In this document: piece after piece, positions 30,086 through 41,700 of the stretch
How positions within the stretch are numbered: position 1 is the first letter of the stretch
Layout: each line of letters begins with the position of its first letter
Origin: Bacillota bacterium
GTDB lineage: Bacteria > Bacillota > Sulfobacillia > Sulfobacillales > JAIMBI01
Direction of reading: 5' to 3'
DNA: 64,000 nt
Assembly: GCA_021846505.1 (NCBI GenBank)
Contig: JAJZWV010000001.1
Coordinates: forward strand, 37,291 to 101,290
Program-made: the position numbers and the translations under genes
Notes under the pieces: model-generated
What the model saw: only the letters and a program-made list of their open reading frames with translations
Databases searched by the model: none
Told to the model about the DNA's origin: nothing

Positions 30086-31206
30086 TCATGGGGTGGCCAG
30101 GCCTTGAACAAAGGCCGCGAACAGCGGATGGTACGGCGCAGATAGCCCGGGGGCCAGCCGCTCCACGAGCCCTTTCTTGACAAGACGCGCCAGCAGCGTC
30201 CCGCGCGATTGCTCCCCATACCCCACAGGCCTCTGGCCTGACGTCGCCAGTGACATGAGGAGTTCCCGCTCGGCTGGGTGCACCTTGCCCACTCCGCGGC
30301 GAAGCGCGCTTCCGCTAAGTGGCTGGCAATTTGAGGCCACGCGGCCTTGACGTCAGCCGCCGTGAGCACGCGCAGGCGCTCCGCATCTGCCTCGCGCCGC
30401 ACCAAATCTCGCATGGCGAACGCGGTGAAAAGCGGATGCCCCGCCGCAACGTTCCACAGGGCGTGGATGGCTTCGTCCTCCAACTCTAGAGGCACGCGCC
30501 CCACTTCCAAGGACCCCCGAACCACTTGGGTCGTGTCTTCGAGGCTAAACGAGCCGAGGGACATGCGCTCAAAAAAGCGCGTGACCGGCTCCGACAAGTC
30601 TCGCATGGCATCGAACAACGTCTCTGGGCCAGCAACCACCAGCGGATAGCGGGCACCAGCGCCCTGCAGGGCGAGCAGCTGCTGGGCCTCATCAAGCAAA
30701 ATGACTAGCCCGCTCATCTTGCCAGCCAAATGCTGGCGCCACAGGCGGTCCAGCTCGCCAAACAGCAGTGACCCGCCGGCGGCCGCTGGGGCGGCCAACT
30801 TCCGCGCACCTTCCACCGGGCCTAGGCGGATAGCAGGCTGCCACCGGCCAAACTCTCGGCGCAGCACGTCGGGCCACTCTAAGTGGCTGGCGAGCGCCGT
30901 GCTAATCCGCGCCAAGAGATCTCCTGCCAGCCCATCTAGGCCCCGCATGCCCGAGGTGACCGTCACCACCACAGACAGCGCCGGGGGATCGATCTCATCC
31001 GTCAGCAGCGCAAACTGGAGCAGCAAGCTCGTTTTCCCAATCCCCCAGGAGCCAAGCAGCGCCACATTCCACGGGCCGAGTCCCCGCGCATCCGGGCCCT
31101 GCGCGAGCCCGTCCCGGTAGAAACTCAACTCGCGGCGCCGGTTGGCAAACAGCGGATGCGCCGCGGGAAAGTATGGGTTGAACGGATTGACCCATGAACT
31201 TGGCAT
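30086..31206 (-). pseudogene. AAA-type ATPase (archaeal-ATPase/ORC-like with C-terminal wHTH), frameshifted
   Basis: The N-terminal frame from 31206 carries Walker A LLGSWGIGKTSLLLQF and Walker B VILLDEAQ. The C-terminal winged-helix part (..KVHPAERELLMSLATSGQRPVGYGEQSRGTLLARLVKKGLVERL..) is in another frame (ORF 30086..30340). The switch is near 30290-30330. Confidence 0.55.
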
Positions 31207-31418
31207 CGCAGAAGCTCCTATGAGTTATTTCTGTTAGGTTTGCAGACCACCGGCACGCCATCAAGCGAGCAACGCGCGCCGCTAAGCCCAGATTGCCGTT
31301 GGCGCGCCGCAAGCGGATCGGACCGCCGCCCATCGCCCGAGGGCCACCGACAACATGAGACGGCCACCCCTGGTACAATCAGTTCTCTGGTCATACAAGA
31401 CCCAAGGCACTCGAACTG

Positions 31419-31754
31419 ATGGATCGGCTTTGGGCGGACGGCGACGGATGCATCTCGGTTCAGGTCCTCCACGAGTGTTTTGTCACCGCGACGCGGAAAC
31501 TTGCGCGCCCGCTCAGCGCTGACGAGGCATATGAGCTGCTGCAGGACTTGTCGGCATGGCGAGTACACACTCCCAATGCCGCCGACGTTTTGGCGGCGGT
31601 TCGCATTCATCGCGATAACGAGGTTTCGCTGTGGGATGCCCTGATCATCCGGAGTGCCAGTGCTCTCGGCTGTGAAACCCTGCGGACTCAGGACCTGAAC
31701 GACGGCCAAATCATCGAAGGAGTGGCAGTTCAGAATCCCTTCCGGAAAAGCTGA
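31419..31754 (+). pseudogene. 5'-truncated PIN-domain (VapC-like) gene
   Basis: ..DGDGCISVQVLHECFVTATRKL..SLWDALIIRSASALGCETLRTQDLNDGQIIEGVAVQNPF matches the C-terminal three quarters of a PIN family. The N-terminal LDTN-type segment is absent, and an in-frame TGA lies 21 codons upstream of the ATG. Confidence 0.55.
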
Positions 31755-32183
31755 CCCGTGCTGTCGCTCTCCGCGGGGCGCGCTGCACCCCATAAAATCC
31801 CCGGCCTATGAACAAGAGAGTTGTACCAGTTTGTAGCAGGAACACCCGCCGACACTGAGAAACACCTCCCCCGGGATTGCCCATACCGAATGAGGTGGTA
31901 GCCGTGCGCCAGATGGCTCAGGTTGTGACTAAGATATTCCAGATCCCCGCTGGGTCAAGCGTCTTGTCGGCCCGACCGCACGGCGGGGGTTCGGGACCAC
32001 CGCGCGGTGGCGCTCTGGTGGATCGAGTGGGCGGAAAACAGCCACACCTGGGAAAATCATTTGCTTGAAAACACAGTTTGTGGTACCGCTTGCCGTAGAA
32101 TGGGATCCACCAGGTTCGCGCGGTATCCCGCGTACCAAAGATGTCCCGCCACTAACACGCGCCGGTGCAAGGGTGACAGCACG

Positions 32184-33596
32184 ATGCTCATATTGGCCGT
32201 CCGATTCCTATCGGGACAGTTTCAGTCAACGCCCTGGGATGAACACGTAAACGGCGGTGGCTTGGAATGGCCCCCATCCCCATGGCGAGTGCTGCGAGCC
32301 ATCGTGACCGCGGGCCTATCAACCCGTGACCCAGACTGGACGCGTTTGAACGCGTTGGTGCACCGCTTCGCCCAATCACCTCCTATCTATCACAGCCCCC
32401 CGGTCACGATCGGCCGGTGGCCAAGGGATTCCGGCCCACCTGCAAGACGCGGCGCAGCCCCCGTGGTGGCAGTAGGCGGCGACCACATTATTTATCTAGA
32501 GTGGCCGGACATCTCGCTGAGCAGTATAGAGCGTGGATGGCTGGAAAGCGTTCTGCGGCGCGTGGGCCACCTGGGCGCTCCCCAAAGTCGGTGCGCGATG
32601 CGGACGCTGGATGCGGTGCCGCAGTGGGGCCCCGATGTCACGAGCTTGCTCCCACACTCTAAGGAGACCGGGGCGATTCGCCTGCTGGCTCCTCGGGCGG
32701 ATGCTACCCTGGGCGACTTAACGATGACGGTCGACGAGATTCGCGGGAGCCATCACCGGTCGCGCCCGGCCGCCACCCAGTTTGTCCCCTACCCGCGCCT
32801 CGCCGCTGTGTGGGGAACCTCTGTCGCGCTGCCCATGCCGGCCGCATCCCGCGGGTCCGCGACGAACATCGCGGGCGTGCGCTTTGGGCTGCACGGAGCC
32901 CGGCTTCCCGAAGTAGCCGAAACCGCACCGGTGGCCGAGGGATTTCGGGCAGCGGCCGAGTCCCTATACGGCAAGCTCTACAACCTGGCTACTTCTCCCG
33001 TTTTATCGGGGCACGAGGGCCCGGGCATCCGTCGTGGCCACGGCCACGCTCACTATCTGCCGCTCGCGGAGTCGGGCGACCACCGCCGAATTGACCGAGT
33101 GCTGGTGTGGGCTCCCGATGGATTTACCACCGCCGACCTTACTGCACTGGCAGGAATCACGCGGGTCTATTTTCCGAAGCACACGCGCCTCGCGCCGCTG
33201 GAGGTATCCGTGCTGGACACGTGGTCCGCAGCCGATGTCGCCGCCATGCACCCCCCCGCTGATGGGTGGGTTACCACCACACCCTTTTTGCCGGCGCGCC
33301 ACCCCCACCGGCGGCGGAATCCGGACGGCAGCGTTCGGTGGTCCGACACGGCGGAGGACGAAATCCTGCGCGAGCTGCGCCATCGAGGCTGGCCGCTGCC
33401 TATCCAGGTGGAGGCGGAGCGCACGCCCAGCGCCGCCAGTTTTCGGTCGCCCCAGCGCCACACCGGCTCATCCCGACCGCCGTCGGCAGCTTTCCATGTC
33501 ACTTTGCGCTTCGAAAAGCCGATGAGCGGCCCCCTGGTGCTGGGACAATGGGCCCACATCGGCTTGGGGCGATTTCGCCCGATGGAGGTGCAGTGA
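32184..33596 (+). CDS. csb2: type I-G (I-U) Csb2-family protein (Cas5/Cas6-like), paralog 1
   Basis: Start MLILAVRFLSGQFQSTPWDEHVNGGGLEWPPSPWRVLRAIV is the Csb2/GSU0054-type N-terminus (EWPPSPWR). 470 aa. Immediately precedes cas4-cas1, as in canonical I-G operons. Confidence 0.8.
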   Translation: MLILAVRFLSGQFQSTPWDEHVNGGGLEWPPSPWRVLRAIVTAGLSTRDPDWTRLNALVHRFAQSPPIYHSPPVTIGRWPRDSGPPARRGAAPVVAVGGDHIIYLEWPDISLSSIERGWLESVLRRVGHLGAPQSRCAMRTLDAVPQWGPDVTSLLPHSKETGAIRLLAPRADATLGDLTMTVDEIRGSHHRSRPAATQFVPYPRLAAVWGTSVALPMPAASRGSATNIAGVRFGLHGARLPEVAETAPVAEGFRAAAESLYGKLYNLATSPVLSGHEGPGIRRGHGHAHYLPLAESGDHRRIDRVLVWAPDGFTTADLTALAGITRVYFPKHTRLAPLEVSVLDTWSAADVAAMHPPADGWVTTTPFLPARHPHRRRNPDGSVRWSDTAEDEILRELRHRGWPLPIQVEAERTPSAASFRSPQRHTGSSRPPSAAFHVTLRFEKPMSGPLVLGQWAHIGLGRFRPMEVQ

Positions 33597-35267
33597 GTGA
33601 TGCTTGAAGAGCCACGTCCTCTGATTCCGGTGCGAATGCTGGCTGAGTACGCCTACTGCCCGCGCGTTATGTACTTGATGTGGGTAGAGGCCACGTGGGC
33701 CGAAAGCGCCGACACCGTCGATGGCCGAGCTGCCCACCGGGTGGTTGATCGGCCCGACCGGGAGCCGGGGGATCCGCCCGCGGAATCCGACGCGCCCCGG
33801 TCGATTCGCTCACTGGCCCTGTCCGACGAAGAATTGGGGCTCAGCGGGCGGTTGGACCTTCTAGACTTGCGCGACGGCGTGGCCACCCCGATCGAGTACA
33901 AAGTAGGCCACGGTCCGCCGGCGGGCGGAGTATGGGAAGCAGACACCGTGCAGGTGGTGGCGCAGGCGCTATTGCTGCGCGCCCATGGGTACCGGTGCGA
34001 CGAAGGCGTGGTGTACTATGCCGCCTCGCGCCTCAAGGCCGCCGTCGCCATTACTCCTGAGCGGGTCACCGAAGTCCTTGGCCTGCGCGACGCGCTGTGG
34101 GCCGATGCGGAGCGCCCGATCCCTCCGCCACCGCTGGTGGACAGCCCCAAGTGCCCGCGCTGCAGCATGGTGGGCATCTGCCTTCCCGATGAGGTCGCGG
34201 AGCTGCAGGCCGCCGCAGCGTCCGAGCGGGTGCACCCCCTGCGCAGAAGCCAAATTCGGCGGCTCGTGGTGGCCCGCCCGGAACAGGTGCCGCTGTATGT
34301 GACGGTCCAGGGCAGCGTCATCCGGAAGACCGGCGACCGGCTGCGCGTCACGAAAGGCACCGAAACCTTATCCGAGGCACGGGTCGCCGATGTGAGTGCG
34401 GTGTCGGTCTTTGGCAGTGTGGAAGTCAGCACCCCCGCAGCCGCCGCCATGCTGGCCGCGGGGATTCCCATCTTGTACTTTTCCTTCGGCGGGTGGTTTC
34501 GCGGAATGACCTCCGGCGCTCTGGCGCAAAACGCACCGATGCGGCAAGCCCAGTACCAGGCCAGCCTGGACTCAACCCGCCGCATACGGGCTGGCGGCTG
34601 GATTATCTCCGCCAAGATCCACAATCAGCGGCTGCTGATTCGGCGCAACCAGGCGGGCCACCCCGCCTTGCCGGCGCTGGCCCGGGCGTCCAAGGCCGCG
34701 CGGAATGCCTCCAGCGCGGATTCGCTCCTGGGCATTGAAGGTCAGGCGGCGCGCTTGTACTTCGAAGCGTTTGGCACCCTGCTGCCCGACGACGAAGAGT
34801 TCGCATGGCAATCCCGCAACCGCCGACCGCCGCGGGATCCCGTCAATGCTCTGCTGTCGTACGTCTATGCCCTGCTACTGAAGGATTGCATCGCCGCGGC
34901 CTACGCGGTGGGGCTCGACCCCTACGTTGGCCTCCTGCATCAGACGGGGTACGGCAAGCCGGCCTTCGCCCTCGACCTGATGGAGGCGTACCGCCCCATC
35001 GTCGGCGACTCCACTGTGCTGGGCATGTTGAATCGGCGGATGCTAACCGCGGCCGACTTCGTGCACAGCAGTCGAGGGGTGGCTATCAAAGACGGCCCGC
35101 GGCGATCTGTGGTGGAAAGCTACGAGCGCCGGATGGACTCACTGTTCGAGCACCCGCTGTTCGGTTACCAGGTGTCCTATCGGCGCGCCATGGAGATTGA
35201 CGCGCGGCTGTTGGGCCGGTATGTGCAGGGCGAGCTGGACCGCGTGCCCGTGCTGAGGATGCGCTGA
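33597..35267 (+). CDS. cas4/cas1: Cas4-Cas1 fusion protein
   Basis: N-terminal Cas4 with ..[11 protein letters not shown].. and the C-terminal cluster [13 protein letters not shown] (Fe-S cysteines). It is followed by a Cas1 domain (..[20 protein letters not shown]....[20 protein letters not shown]..). This fusion is characteristic of type I-G. Confidence 0.9.
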   Translation: MMLEEPRPLIPVRMLAEYAYCPRVMYLMWVEATWAESADTVDGRAAHRVVDRPDREPGDPPAESDAPRSIRSLALSDEELGLSGRLDLLDLRDGVATPIEYKVGHGPPAGGVWEADTVQVVAQALLLRAHGYRCDEGVVYYAASRLKAAVAITPERVTEVLGLRDALWADAERPIPPPPLVDSPKCPRCSMVGICLPDEVAELQAAAASERVHPLRRSQIRRLVVARPEQVPLYVTVQGSVIRKTGDRLRVTKGTETLSEARVADVSAVSVFGSVEVSTPAAAAMLAAGIPILYFSFGGWFRGMTSGALAQNAPMRQAQYQASLDSTRRIRAGGWIISAKIHNQRLLIRRNQAGHPALPALARASKAARNASSADSLLGIEGQAARLYFEAFGTLLPDDEEFAWQSRNRRPPRDPVNALLSYVYALLLKDCIAAAYAVGLDPYVGLLHQTGYGKPAFALDLMEAYRPIVGDSTVLGMLNRRMLTAADFVHSSRGVAIKDGPRRSVVESYERRMDSLFEHPLFGYQVSYRRAMEIDARLLGRYVQGELDRVPVLRMR

Positions 35268-35563
35268 TGCGCGCCGCGTACTTGGTAGCGTACGACATCG
35301 CCGAGCCCAAGCGGTGGCGGCAGGTGTACCGGCTGCTGATGGGCCACGGCGACCCGCTCCAACTGTCGATCTTTGTGTGCTGGCTGTCACTGACGGAGCG
35401 CAAGCTGATGGAAGAGCGTCTGGTAGGCATGCTGAATCTAAAGGAGGACCGCTTGATGTTTGCCGAGCTGGGGGCCAACGCCGCCGCCGTCAGCCAGAAG
35501 CTGACCCTCATGGGAAAGGCGCGCACGGCGCTCGACGCACCGCCAAGGTGGTACGTCGTATGA
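35267..35563 (+). CDS. cas2: Cas2
   Basis: 98 aa. [41 protein letters not shown] has the Cas2 YDI...Q.S.F pattern. ATGA-type overlap with the cas4-cas1 stop. Confidence 0.85.
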   Translation: MRAAYLVAYDIAEPKRWRQVYRLLMGHGDPLQLSIFVCWLSLTERKLMEERLVGMLNLKEDRLMFAELGANAAAVSQKLTLMGKARTALDAPPRWYVV

Positions 35564-35621
35564 GCCCACAAACTGCACACACCACCACATCTCGCAAAAC
35601 CCCGGGGGTCGTGTGCAGCCG

Positions 35622-35646
35622 GAAACCCTTGTCCAGCAAGGGTTTC
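35622..35646 (+). terminator. hairpin after cas2 (within the CRISPR leader)
   Basis: Perfect 10-bp stem GAAACCCTTG / CAAGGGTTTC with loop TCCAG. No T tract, so function (terminator or protein site) is unclear. Confidence 0.3.
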
Positions 35647-35658
35647 AGAATAGGGCGC

Positions 35659-35687
35659 TTGTCCGATCCCCAATCTCGGGTTATCAT
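35659..35687 (+). promoter_or_regulatory. candidate sigma-70-type promoter for the CRISPR array
   Basis: TTGTCC, 17 nt, TATCAT, ending 61 nt upstream of the first repeat. The leader is 35564-35748. Confidence 0.35.
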
Positions 35688-35748
35688 GCGGGTGGTGTGT
35701 GCAGGTAGCCTCTGCAACCCGCGCCACGCAATCGTTTCCAGGGGCGGA

Positions 35749-38700
35749 ATTTCCGCGGCCGTGAGGCCGCGGCTGCATTGAAGCGGCCTGGCCGCCCAGA
35801 TACGCCAAGGCGGCGCCGCCGACATTTCCGCGGCCGTGAGGCCGCGGCTGCATTGAAGCGTGCACTACGTGGCGCCGGGCGGACCCGAGAGCGAGCAATT
35901 TCCGCGGCCGTGAGGCCGCGGCTGCATTGAAGCTGCCCCCAAACTTCAACACGAAGTCCTCCAGGAACGTATTTCCGCGGCCGTGAGGCCGCGGCTGCAT
36001 TGAAGCATCGCGGCGGCGGCGGCCGGCGTCCCTGGGGAGATATTTCCGCGGCCGTGAGGCCGCGGCTGCATTGAAGCATGCAGTACTGCACCGGCGTGGG
36101 CGCGCGCACGTACCATTTCCGCGGCCGTGAGGCCGCGGCTGCATTGAAGCGGTAACTACGCGCGAATGCTTGTACGTGCCTACTGGATTTCCGCGGCCGT
36201 GAGGCCGCGGCTGCATTGAAGCGGTAACTACGCGCGAATGCTTGTACGTGCCTACTGGATTTCCGCGGCCGTGAGGCCGCGGCTGCATTGAAGCTCGCTC
36301 AGCGGCCGGCGCAGGGCGCGTTGCGCACTCCCATTTCCGCGGCCGTGAGGCCGCGGCTGCATTGAAGCCGCGTCCAGGCGCCGATGCCCGTGGGCGGCAA
36401 GCCATTTCCGCGGCCGTGAGGCCGCGGCTGCATTGAAGCGCCGATCCGCCGTCGGGTCTACCGCGGTTTCCGCACGATTTCCGCGGCCGTGAGGCCGCGG
36501 CTGCATTGAAGCAGCATGCTGACCCAGTTCTGCCACGTGGTGTTGACGTTATTTCCGCGGCCGTGAGGCCGCGGCTGCATTGAAGCCAACTATGCGCCGC
36601 AGGTGATCGAGAGCGTCAGCGGCATTTCCGCGGCCGTGAGGCCGCGGCTGCATTGAAGCGGAGAAGACACCGCTTTGGGCGGTGGCGTCGGACCAATTTC
36701 CGCGGCCGTGAGGCCGCGGCTGCATTGAAGCAACTTGCCGAGCCGCACCATCGCTTCGGCCCCCGTGCCATTTCCGCGGCCGTGAGGCCGCGGCTGCATT
36801 GAAGCATCTGACCCATGGTGAAAAAGGGCAGCCACATGCCCGCGATTTCCGCGGCCGTGAGGCCGCGGCTGCATTGAAGCATCCTAAGATCGCGGGGCGG
36901 GACACACTAAAACCCGCTCCATTTCCGCGGCCGTGAGGCCGCGGCTGCATTGAAGCATGTCACAAGACTTGGCAGAATGGGCCGCCACAAAATTTCCGCG
37001 GCCGTGAGGCCGCGGCTGCATTGAAGCTGTCCGCACGCGCTACGGCCGCGAAGCCGCGGATTTATTTCCGCGGCCGTGAGGCCGCGGCTGCATTGAAGCT
37101 TGGAGCCCGGCGCAGCTCGTAGTATGCTTTCACCATTTCCGCGGCCGTGAGGCCGCGGCTGCATTGAAGCATTGTTTGTGCGGACTCCATGTACTCGAAG
37201 ACGTGACATTTCCGCGGCCGTGAGGCCGCGGCTGCATTGAAGCCGACTTGCGCGGGAAGGCGGCCAAGTATGGCGGTTCCTATTTCCGCGGCCGTGAGGC
37301 CGCGGCTGCATTGAAGCCTTGGGATCTTCTCCGACGCTGCTATCGCTGATGCCAATTTCCGCGGCCGTGAGGCCGCGGCTGCATTGAAGCCACTGCCCGC
37401 ACACCTTGCCGTCGCCGATCGGGGGCAATTTCCGCGGCCGTGAGGCCGCGGCTGCATTGAAGCAACGGCGTGGGCGCGCTGGCGCTCGGGCCTCGATACC
37501 TGATTTCCGCGGCCGTGAGGCCGCGGCTGCATTGAAGCCTTTCGAGTGTGCCCCGCCTTGCACGCGGGCAAGGCGATTTCCGCGGCCGTGAGGCCGCGGC
37601 TGCATTGAAGCCACGTAGTCATGCGTCCAGGGGCGCCCCCCACGGTGGCGGATTTCCGCGGCCGTGAGGCCGCGGCTGCATTGAAGCGTAAGCGGCCACG
37701 GATCCGAGTCCGAGCTTCTGGCTATTTCCGCGGCCGTGAGGCCGCGGCTGCATTGAAGCAATAACCTATGGAGGCCCCACCGTAATAGGTAAACGACTGA
37801 GATTTCCGCGGCCGTGAGGCCGCGGCTGCATTGAAGCGCTGGGGAGCCACCGGGGGAGCCGGTGCAGGTCGCTATTTCCGCGGCCGTGAGGCCGCGGCTG
37901 CATTGAAGCTGTCGCGGAGGTGTCGAAGTATGTCACCAAGCCGGGTCATTTCCGCGGCCGTGAGGCCGCGGCTGCATTGAAGCTACGTGGCCGTGGAGTA
38001 GCCGCTGCCGAGCGTGAGCTATTTCCGCGGCCGTGAGGCCGCGGCTGCATTGAAGCCCTGCGCGGCCAAGCCACGCTGTCAGGCTCCGACTTGCATTTCC
38101 GCGGCCGTGAGGCCGCGGCTGCATTGAAGCTTGTACACCCCGCCCGAAAAGGCGCGGATAAAGACGGGATTTCCGCGGCCGTGAGGCCGCGGCTGCATTG
38201 AAGCTCGTTTTGGGCCGCGGCCCCCACATTCGCGATATCGTATTTCCGCGGCCGTGAGGCCGCGGCTGCATTGAAGCGTCCGAGCGGCGCAGCGTCACCC
38301 GGGGCCCTTGGGATTTCCGCGGCCGTGAGGCCGCGGCTGCATTGAAGCTGAAAGCCCCGCCACGCGCCGGCCAGGGCATCCCGCCATTTCCGCGGCCGTG
38401 AGGCCGCGGCTGCATTGAAGCACCACCCAATCGGCCACGGGCGGCCCGTATTGGTCCGCATTTCCGCGGCCGTGAGGCCGCGGCTGCATTGAAGCTAGAT
38501 CCGCTTGGCGGCCTGGCGCTTCGGAGCGGGAGATTTCCGCGGCCGTGAGGCCGCGGCTGCATTGAAGCGATCCCGAACTTGTCGGCCTGCGCGGCGTCGA
38601 AGAACATTTCCGCGGCCGTGAGGCCGCGGCTGCATTGAAGCCCAGTCGCTCATCCACAGGCCGCCGCGCTCCGACAATATTTCCGCGGCCGTGAGGCCGC

Positions 38701-41700
38701 GGCTGCATTGAAGCTTGGTCTGACTTCCGCGAAGAGTACCCAGAAGAGGCATTTCCGCGGCCGTGAGGCCGCGGCTGCATTGAAGCGTGGGCGCCGACGG
38801 CACACTGAACGTCACCGCCCCATTTCCGCGGCCGTGAGGCCGCGGCTGCATTGAAGCTTCCCCGGCCGATCCAATCCACCCCAGCCCGCGCCACTCATTT
38901 CCGCGGCCGTGAGGCCGCGGCTGCATTGAAGCGCGCCACTGCCGTAAGGTTGGTACCTGTGGGTTCTGATTTCCGCGGCCGTGAGGCCGCGGCTGCATTG
39001 AAGCCGGAATGCCCGTGCTCACAGCATCGCCGCCCCGGCGAGATTTCCGCGGCCGTGAGGCCGCGGCTGCATTGAAGCTTGGCGATTATCCATCAGGACG
39101 TGACGGCGCGGCTGGAATTTCCGCGGCCGTGAGGCCGCGGCTGCATTGAAGCCCAGCAAGTCAAGATAGTCGCGCTCGCTGTCGGTAATTTCCGCGGCCG
39201 TGAGGCCGCGGCTGCATTGAAGCCCGGCCAGCGGCTCCGTGACGATGATGAGCCGGAGCAGCGATTTCCGCGGCCGTGAGGCCGCGGCTGCATTGAAGCA
39301 GTCGGACATATAATCATAGTACCCGGCCGCTGTGTCATTTCCGCGGCCGTGAGGCCGCGGCTGCATTGAAGCTGGCTGGTGCTGGCCGGCCGAAAGAAGG
39401 CGCGCCGATTTCCGCGGCCGTGAGGCCGCGGCTGCATTGAAGCACCTCTGCCGCGGCCGCCCCATAATGGAGGTGGCCCCATTTCCGCGGCCGTGAGGCC
39501 GCGGCTGCATTGAAGCGGGTCGATGACGCCCGCGGCGTCGCGAAGGGCGCGAAATTTCCGCGGCCGTGAGGCCGCGGTTGCATTGAAGCCGTAAGCCTGC
39601 CGCTCCGCGCCCACATTTTATGTCATTTCCGCGGCCGTGAGGCCGCGGCTGCATTGAAGCGCGTGAACAAGCAACTCTCGATTCCGATGATGATTTTCAT
39701 TTCCGCGGCCGTGAGGCCGCGGCTGCATTGAAGCGACATAGCACCGGATCACACACGACTCGGTTGTCGTGCCATTTCCGCGGCCGTGAGGCCGCGGCTG
39801 CATTGAAGCATGCTGGCCAGATACTGCGTGCCGCGCTGGATGTTGTCGGATTTCCGCGGCCGTGAGGCCGCGGCTGCATTGAAGCGAGATCGCGATCCCG
39901 AAGCGCCGCGCGGCGCGGCGAAATTTCCGCGGCCGTGAGGCCGCGGCTGCATTGAAGCTCACGTCCTTTCGTAAATCGCGCTCATGGCGGCGCCATTTCC
40001 GCGGCCGTGAGGCCGCGGCTGCATTGAAGCGTAGTGGACCGCCGCGGCCCGCAGGGCGTCCGGGTCGTATTTCCGCGGCCGTGAGGCCGCGGCTGCATTG
40101 AAGCCACGAATGAGGACGCGGACCACGAAGAGCCCGAGGTCATTTCCGCGGCCGTGAGGCCGCGGCTGCATTGAAGCTGCCAGCACAGGACTTCCCAGCC
40201 TGCGCCGGGAATGAATTTCCGCGGCCGTGAGGCCGCGGCTGCATTGAAGCCATCGACTAGCAGCCCGCCAGGCCCCGCGCCACGCGATTTCCGCGGCCGT
40301 GAGGCCGCGGCTGCATTGAAGCGTGGCGCCGAGACCGCCCAACAGGATCTCGTCTCTGGTCACATTTCCGCGGCCGTGAGGCCGCGGCTGCATTGAAGCG
40401 CGGAGGCGATCGATGTCGCGCAGCTGGGATCGTCATTTCCGCGGCCGTGAGGCCGCGGCTGCGTTGAAGCTTCCATCGCTTTGAGCGGTTTCTTGGCATT
40501 CCCGTGGATATTTCCGCGGCCGTGAGGCCGCGGCTGCATTGAAGCCAGGCTACTCCGGGTCGCAGTATGCTGGGCTCAGGTTATTTCCGCGGCCGTGAGG
40601 CCGCGGCTGCATTGAAGCGAGGCCGTATCGGCGGCCTCCCTGACCGCAGATGCGGCTCATTTCCGCGGCCGTGAGGCCGCGGCTACATTGAAGCATATGC
40701 CGTGGTGCGCGTGGGCGCCGCGAGCAGCACCATTTCCGCGGCCGTGAGGCCGCGGCTGCATTGAAGCCCTGACCGCAGGTGCGGCTCGAGGCCGTATCGG
40801 CGATTTCCGCGGCCGTGAGGCCGCGGCTGCATTGAAGCGGATGCCTTCTCCGATGAAGAGTGCCAAGACTGCCCTACCATTTCCGCGGCCGTGAGGCCGC
40901 GGCTGCATTGAAGCAAACTCTCGCCCAGCGTGCCGACGCTCTTTTGGAGATTTCCGCGGCCGTGAGGCCGCGGCTGCATTGAAGCGATTTGCGCCACAGC
41001 GGGTTTCACTTCGCCAGCGAATTTCCGCGGCCGTGAGGCCGCGGCTGCATTGAAGCTCGAAGGCCCACGTGCGCCGCTGCAACAGCATTACCATTTCCGC
41101 GGCCGTGAGGCCGCGGCTGCATTGAAGCTTGTCAGGCGCTCGTACCCGACGGCCGCCAGCACATATTTCCGCGGCCGTGAGGCCGCGGCTGCATTGAAGC
41201 ATGGCGCTCCTTGGCACGCTGCGCGTCAAGCTCGGATTTCCGCGGCCGTGAGGCCGCGGCTGCATTGAAGCGTGGCGAGCAGCAGTGCGCAGGGGTTCAT
41301 GCTCACCAAATTTCCGCGGCCGTGAGGCCGCGGCTGCATTGAAGCAGAGCGCCATCCAGGCAGCGGAGAAGGTGGGCTACCCCATTTCCGCGGCCGTGAG
41401 GCCGCGGCTGCATTGAAGCATGGCGCTCCTTGGCACGCTGCGCGTCAAGCTCGGATTTCCGCGGCCGTGAGGCCGCGGCTGCATTGAAGCATTGGTCACC
41501 GTGGCCGCGATGTACGGATTCTGTTCATTTCCGCGGCCGTGAGGCCGCGGCTGCATTGAAGCAGGTCCACGCGTGAATGGCGCGCCCACCTAAGTTGAAT
41601 TTCCGCGGCCGTGAGGCCGCGGCTGCATTGAAGCCCAGGTGGCCGCCGTCCAGCCCGTAAAGTCCACCGTACTGATTTCCGCGGCCGTGAGGCCGCGGCT

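Noticed and set aside
29362-31206. A single 614-aa minus-strand ORF.
   Set aside because: It reads straight through tRNA-Gly (29865-29940) and its terminator. It is a GC-driven fusion of a frameshifted ATPase gene, a tRNA and a separate small membrane-protein gene.
32007-32183. The upstream extension of the csb2-like ORF (track start 32007).
   Set aside because: The extension has no Csb2-like sequence. The conserved N-terminus begins at MLILAV (32184), which has a plausible RBS.
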